From Octopus sinensis (taxonomy: Eukaryota): a stretch of DNA of 14,660 nucleotides. Below are positions 8,951-14,660 of this stretch, one piece after another. Below the pieces are notes generated by a model. It saw nothing but the letters and a program-made list of their open reading frames with translations, made no database searches and had not been told where the DNA came from. The stretch is taken from positions 1 to 14,660 of the forward strand of contig NW_021825721.1 of NCBI RefSeq assembly GCF_006345805.1. Reading direction: 5' to 3'. Within the stretch, counting starts at the first letter, position 1; every line of letters begins with the position of its first letter. The translations under genes were made by a program, and so were the position numbers.

Positions 8951-9069
8951 TTTTAAGTGAATGGGCTTTTAAGTGAATTACAGATGTGTGCAGAAGCATA
9001 TTAAGAGAACTACAAATGACAACAAAAGTGAGACAGCCATTTTAAGAATTTTCTTTCATATTAGGATTC

Positions 9070-9070
9070 A

Positions 9071-9101
<31 letters not shown>

Positions 9102-9304
9102 GTGTGTGAGTGTGTGTGTGTGTGTGTGGTGTGTGTGTGCGTGTGTGTGTGTGTGCATACATAACTAAATACATATATACGTACACACACACACACAAAC
9201 ACATATATATATTACTATATATGTGGGTAGGTGTCATGCGATAGTGGTGGGGGACAAACACAAACACACACACATACATATATGCATATATATATACGTA
9301 TATA

Positions 9305-9357
<53 letters not shown>
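9070..9357. repeat. Compound (TA)n/(TG)n/(CA)n microsatellite; the right part is internal to a SINE
   Basis: Direct reading. Confidence 0.95.
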
Positions 9358-9358
<1 letters not shown>

Positions 9359-9592
9359 GACGGGCTTCTTTCAGTTTCCGTCTACCAAAACACAAGGCCT
9401 TGATCTTCCCGAGGCTGTATATTTCGGATGCTGTTATACATTGCTGGTCAAAATGCCCTTCCCACTGTTTTAGCTTTCGAATGGTGCCACCCCGCTAGCA
9501 CGAATATAGATGATACTTGACCAAGGTGCCGCAGACTGGACCTAGAACCTCTCTGTCACTTGAGTTTTACGAGTCACCTACAATGTTAAGCG
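9232..9592 (-). mobile_element. SINE family B copy (diverged head, internal TA microsatellite, truncated tail) with an insertion of about 80 bp
   Basis: 9356-9389 matches the reverse complement of the head end of the 14387 copy at 33/34. Similarity stops after GAGGCTGTA (about 9419) and resumes at TAGATGATACTTGACCAAGGTGCC (about 9506). Confidence 0.85.
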
Positions 9593-9968
9593 CCCTTTAA
9601 GTACAAAACCAACGGTCACTCTGACAGGCCAACTCTTTTATCTTCCTAAGGTACATTTACATACATACATGGGGCAGGTAACAGGTTGCTTGGCCGCATA
9701 CCGAAAATTAGAAATGGCAGTCAAGACTGTTTATTTCTATTTTCTACAAGTGGGGCTTCACAGAAGGAATAGATAACGAAAACGAAGTCTGGCGGTTATC
9801 TGCGAACATCATGTTTCTGGATTATAAACATATTGAATATATATTTCATATATATTTTTTTAATATATATTTCATATATATTGCATATATATTTCACATC
9901 CGTCTTCAGCGCAGCTTTCCTTTGCAATAGATTTATCATAGATTTATCAAATGCTACGTGCCTCAAAC

Positions 9969-10042
9969 CTTCTGACCATGCGACATCAAAATAGTTGAAG
10001 AAAGCCATGCGCGTTACAAAAATAGTTTCATAGGGGTAGGAA
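9969..10042 (-). CDS. Candidate internal exon (phase 2 in, phase 1 out): SYPYETIFVTRMAFFNYFDVAWSE
   Basis: ACTAAT branch-like site and pyrimidine tract before CCCATAG|; donor AAG|GTTTGA; exit phase fits the 6185 acceptor. Splice sites are only moderate and no homology was recognised. Confidence 0.25.
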
Positions 10043-10377
10043 CTATGGGTTGTCGTAAGGGAGTGAAAAATCCAATTAGTAACATACATACATGCATACA
10101 TCCACACACACATCCACACACACATATTCGTATATATTCATACGGTGGAAGTCAACTCATACTGAGCAAGCCCACTTCCTAAACACGCTAATTCTGCGCA
10201 AACATTCTGAGAATCCAAGAAGCTTCTGTACATGAATCTGTTTTCAGCGGATAAAGTGTTGCACAGCACTGAACCCATTTCCCCGTGCAAAGAGCCTCTA
10301 AAACCAGTAGTGCAACACGGACTGAAATGCCGAGAATGCAGCCGCACTTTAGGTTCTTTTAATACTAGTTTGCCTAC

Positions 10378-10480
10378 TTCTAGAGGGAAGTTCTGTCAAG
10401 TAGTAGCGGTCTTTTACTTCCATTGGTAATCCCGAAGCGTGCCAGCTGACAAGTGCTACAACTCCGGGATAGAGTAAGAA
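10378..10480 (-). CDS. Candidate internal exon (phase 0 in, phase 1 out): FLLYPGVVALVSWHASGLPMEVKDRYYLTELPSR
   Basis: Acceptor TTATTTTCCCCAG|, donor GAA|GTAGGC, open frame, exit phase fits the 6185 acceptor. Could equally be an old repeat remnant. Confidence 0.22.
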
Positions 10481-10569
10481 CTGGGGAAAATAATGGCTAA
10501 GATATGATCCCATTCTCGTCTGGACTCCAGAAGAAGAGCTTAGCTACTGGATGCAGTTAAAAGCGATGC

Positions 10570-10623
10570 CCATATACATATACACATGCAGATATGAATA
10601 TGCATACGTATATAGATCCGTGC

Positions 10624-10669
<46 letters not shown>

Positions 10670-11120
10670 ATATATATATAATATACAGGCGTACATAGTT
10701 CCATACACATACATACATATATATACACATGTACGTAGACATGGATGCACACATAAATACATGCACTCACACGCACGCACACACATACAAATAGATATAC
10801 ACACGTATATAGATGTATCTATATCCACTTACACACGTAAATATACTTATATATACACACACACATATATGCATATATATATATACAGACATATATATAT
10901 ATATATATATATGCACACGTGTATATACATATCTATATATCTATATATATATACACACACATATATACCCATGTACTTATATGTTCATATATGTATATGA
11001 GTATATGTGTATATACGTCCTTATTTGTATTCATAAATACGCGCGCACATATATACGCACGCGCGCTTGCATGCAATACACACACATACTCACACACACA
11101 CACACACATACACACACACA
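10570..11120. repeat. Degenerate compound (TA)n/(CA)n microsatellite field
   Basis: Direct reading. Confidence 0.95.
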
Positions 11121-11190
11121 CTGATTGCCTGCTTTCTTATCAGAAGTTAGAAACGGAACATGTACATTCTTTCATTCTCACTCCCACTAA

Positions 11191-11216
11191 CCCCCTTTCT
11201 CCCTTCCCTTCTCCCC
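11191..11216 (-). other. Canonical G-quadruplex motif GGGG-AGAA-GGG-AA-GGG-AGAAA-GGGGG
   Basis: Four plus-strand C-runs at 11191-11195, 11201-11203, 11206-11208 and 11213-11216, with loops of 2-5 nt. Confidence 0.5.
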
Positions 11217-11281
11217 TTCTCCTTCGTCCTCTCTCTGTCTCTTCCTCTCCCCCTCACTCATATTCTCACTCGGGTTCGTGC

Positions 11282-11297
11282 TGATGTCGTCTGCTCG
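11282..11297 (-). repeat. Right arm of the 16-bp long-range inverted repeat (TGATGTCGTCTGCTCG on +)
   Basis: Exact reverse complement of 8328-8343. Confidence 0.92.
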
Positions 11298-11789
11298 ATT
11301 ATCTTCTTTCACAACATCTGAATTTGATATGAGAGCACAATTTCCGATTTTTCAGACACTTTTCTCCACCTTTTTGTTATTGTTTTTCTTTTTTACACAA
11401 ACATCTCGTGTGGTTGTAATCTGCCAAAAATTTTCATCGTAAACCTTCGTAATTTATATTTTCAGTATGTGTGAGTTTTTATTTTAATGTGCCTCGCCAT
11501 TCACACAATATTCCAGTAAAATGTCTGTTACCCTTTTATTTTACTCATTTTTATTTCTGTTTTTTTTTTTGTTGGAGGGAAGGGGATAAATTTTGTATAC
11601 TTTATCATTTTCATGCATTTTAAAATTTCTTTCATTCATTTTCCTTCCGTCTTTGCCTCATTCTTTTCATTATCGTCTATTTCATTCAGTTTTCCATTTT
11701 TGTGGTATCGTGCATTCGTTTAGCAGCCGACATCTTCTCACACAACTGTTATATCTTTCAACATTAATCTTTCACTCATTATCACTCAC

Positions 11790-12153
11790 TCACACACTCT
11801 CACCCCACATACACATGCACACAAACGTATACAAACACGGACAGACGAACACATAACTCTACACACACACGTACAAATACGAACACGAAAGTACACGTAC
11901 ATACACACACAAGAAAATAAGGCATTATAAACACACACGCATACATACACAATACACACACGCACACGAATGCATATCCTCACATGCACACAAGCACAAA
12001 CGTGCTCTCCCCCAAATGTACATATATATACACAAACAAACAAACAACCCAGATACAAGCATACACACTTATACACACATATTTGCATACACAATTTATC
12101 ACATACACACAAACTAACATATATACACTCACAACATTCTCGCATGCACTCTC

Positions 12154-12184
<31 letters not shown>

Positions 12185-12445
12185 GATCAATAAATGGTGG
12201 GGTTTATATATTTATATTTACAAAGACACACACACAGGTCGAAAAATATAAATACATGTTAGTGAACACACACACGTACGCTGAGACGCATGTGAATACT
12301 CAAATATCCATACACACATACACATACAAACACTTAGATACACAAACATACGATAAAACTACAAAAGTATACACATACATATATACCCTACCATATGCTC
12401 ACGTGTACACAAACACTTGCTTCTCGACACACACACACACACACA
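11790..12445. repeat. Degenerate (CA)n/(TACA)n low-complexity field with a (TA)n run
   Basis: Direct reading. Confidence 0.92.
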
Positions 12446-12728
12446 CGACAATCTTCACACACAAAGACATACACAATCTCGCTATGTTACCTTTACTCTC
12501 GCTTTCTCACTCTTCTTCCTTCTTCTTCCTTTTTCTCTCTTACTCTCTCTCTTCCCCCCCTCTCTCTCTCTCTCTCTTCTTTCTCTCTCTTATGTCCTTG
12601 TTCTTTTCCTCTCTACTGCTAGATCGACTCTATTCTCTCGCTTCTAAAATATCTGTTGATGCTGCTGGTTTTGTTGCTGTAATTAAAACTTTCCAAAGTT
12701 CATCTCAACTCCAAATTCGTTTCTATTC

Positions 12729-12733
<5 letters not shown>

Positions 12734-12794
<61 letters not shown>

Positions 12795-13069
12795 TATGTG
12801 CATGAGTGTGTATATATGGGCATGTACCATGTATGCATGTGCGTATATATATATATATATTATATATGCATAAATGTATATGTGTATAAAATGTATATGT
12901 ATATAAAAGCATATATACAGAGAGAGACATACATATCTATATGTATACACAAACACACACATACACACGTATACACACACATACACACACACATGTATGT
13001 ATAATTACATACACGCGCGCAAATCCATACGTACAGATATATACCCATATGTATATGCATCCACACACT

Positions 13070-13103
<34 letters not shown>

Positions 13104-13196
13104 CATATATATAAAATTTACATAACTATATATATACATACAGAAACATATACGTATACACGAACATACATACGTGTGTATATACATATATATAAT

Positions 13197-13228
<32 letters not shown>

Positions 13229-13370
13229 TGTATATAAATAATAGCTTATATAGGTATTATATATATATATTATATAATATATATCTATATACGTATACAC
13301 ACACACGCAGACACATGCACGCACACACATACATGCATATATATATATATATATATGTATATGTATGTAT
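12734..13370. repeat. Perfect (TG)n followed by degenerate TA/CA field
   Basis: Direct reading. Confidence 0.95.
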
Positions 13371-13499
13371 ATTCTTGTCGCCCTCTGCACCTCACTCTCG
13401 CTTCCATCACTATTTACAAACAATTGATAGGCTGAAATTGGTTTCGTGACAAAATCCACTTAGAGACAAATCTTATAGTTAACCCCAAGTCCCCCATCC

Positions 13500-13500
<1 letters not shown>

Positions 13501-13551
<51 letters not shown>

Positions 13552-13580
13552 ATATATATATATATATACACATGCATATA
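13501..13580. repeat. (TC)n and (TA)n microsatellites
   Basis: Direct reading. Confidence 0.95.
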
Positions 13581-13670
13581 CGTGTTTATCTTTCTCATTC
13601 CCTATCTCTGTCTCACTTATGTCACACAACGTTAAATATATTCAATGCGCGCACAGTAAATACTATACAT

Positions 13671-13680
13671 GAGCAGACGA
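13671..13680 (+). other. GAGCAGACGA motif, copy 4 of 4
   Basis: Exact 10-mer; extends as GAGCAGACGATAT against GAGCAGACGACAT in the 16-bp arms. Confidence 0.9.
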
Positions 13681-13957
13681 TATTTCGCCATAACGTACAT
13701 GCGCACAAACATAGCAATGAGCGACCACCATATATATACACACACACACACAGACAAATAAACATAAAGATACACGCTAACACATACGTATAGACATACA
13801 ACCATACACACTCATATTTGATTGGCACAAGAAAAGGCTCGTTTTTCAATGGTCTTTCTTTGTAACCTGCTTAAGATTTCAGAAAATTTGTTGCCTTCTG
13901 CGTTCCTATACTCACTGTGTGTGTATGCATGATAGATGTGTGTGTATGTGTCTTTAC

Positions 13958-14110
<153 letters not shown>

Positions 14111-14386
14111 TTAATCAAAATAAAAACATGACGCCAAGGATTCAGCGGTACATATGTTTCGGGCCTTTATTAGACGGATTTATAACAATGCATAATGTAT
14201 GTCTGTGGCCTTCTTCAGCCGCGCACAACTACTTCCGCAACTAATTTACTCCACCACCTACACCACCAAACGGTATATACAGGTGCTTACAATTATCAAG
14301 TACTCACCCCGAATTTCTGTACACAACTTACATATATATATATGTACGTATGTTTGTATGTATGTATATATAATTTTATATACCTA

Positions 14387-14573
14387 GGCGCAGACGTGCC
14401 TGTGTGGTAAGAAGCTTGCTTCCCAACCACATGATTCAAAGTTCAGTACCACTGCGTGGCCCCTTGGGCAAGTGTCTTCTACTATAGCCTGTGGCCGAGC
14501 AAAGCTTTGTCAGTGGATTTGGTAGACGGAAACTGAAAGAAACCCGTCGTATATATATATATATATATATATA
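14387..14573 (+). mobile_element. SINE family B: tRNA-like head plus (TA)n, tail absent
   Basis: Starts GGCGCAG; A-box-like CTGTGTGGTAAG; B-box-like GTTCAGTACC; ends ...GGTAGACGGAAACTGAAAGAAACCCGTCG(TA)n. Inverse match to 9356-9560. Confidence 0.9.
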
Positions 14574-14660
14574 GTGTGGTATATAAAACGTGATGACCCT
14601 CAGTTCGGTTCTGGGAGTATTTTAGATTTTAGATTTCTTATCTAAATTTGCCCAATCTGG

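Noticed and set aside
10480-10570. Possible RTE-like LINE 3' remnant (DPILVWTP; TGC; AM)
   Set aside because: Matches are a few short words needing several deletions; too weak to call.
12623-12733. Plus-strand symmetric exon candidate RLYSLASKISVDAAGFVAVIKTFQSSSQLQIRFYSK
   Set aside because: Its pyrimidine tract and GT both come from flanking microsatellites, and there is no other plus-strand coding evidence.

Overview
AT-rich, microsatellite-dense eukaryotic DNA. It is most likely octopus (coleoid cephalopod), judged from memory of the SINE families and the extreme compound-microsatellite density; no search was run. Nearly all ORFs in the supplied track are microsatellite artefacts. Supported content: (i) two tRNA-derived SINE families in six full or partial copies, including a trimeric copy with a 9-bp TSD; (ii) an internally deleted, 3'-truncated DD37D (maT-type) Tc1/mariner fossil; (iii) a probable terminal coding exon of an unidentified minus-strand gene (6016-6185), missed by the ORF track and followed by a duplicated AATAAA cassette, which would make 6186-14660 mostly intronic. 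Unexplained signals: a GC-rich 10-mer (GAGCAGACGA) present four times, two copies of which form a perfect 16-bp inverted repeat 2.9 kb apart; and a dense TGACG (CRE-like) cluster split by the SINE insertion. No rRNA, tRNA gene, CRISPR array or intact transposase was seen.
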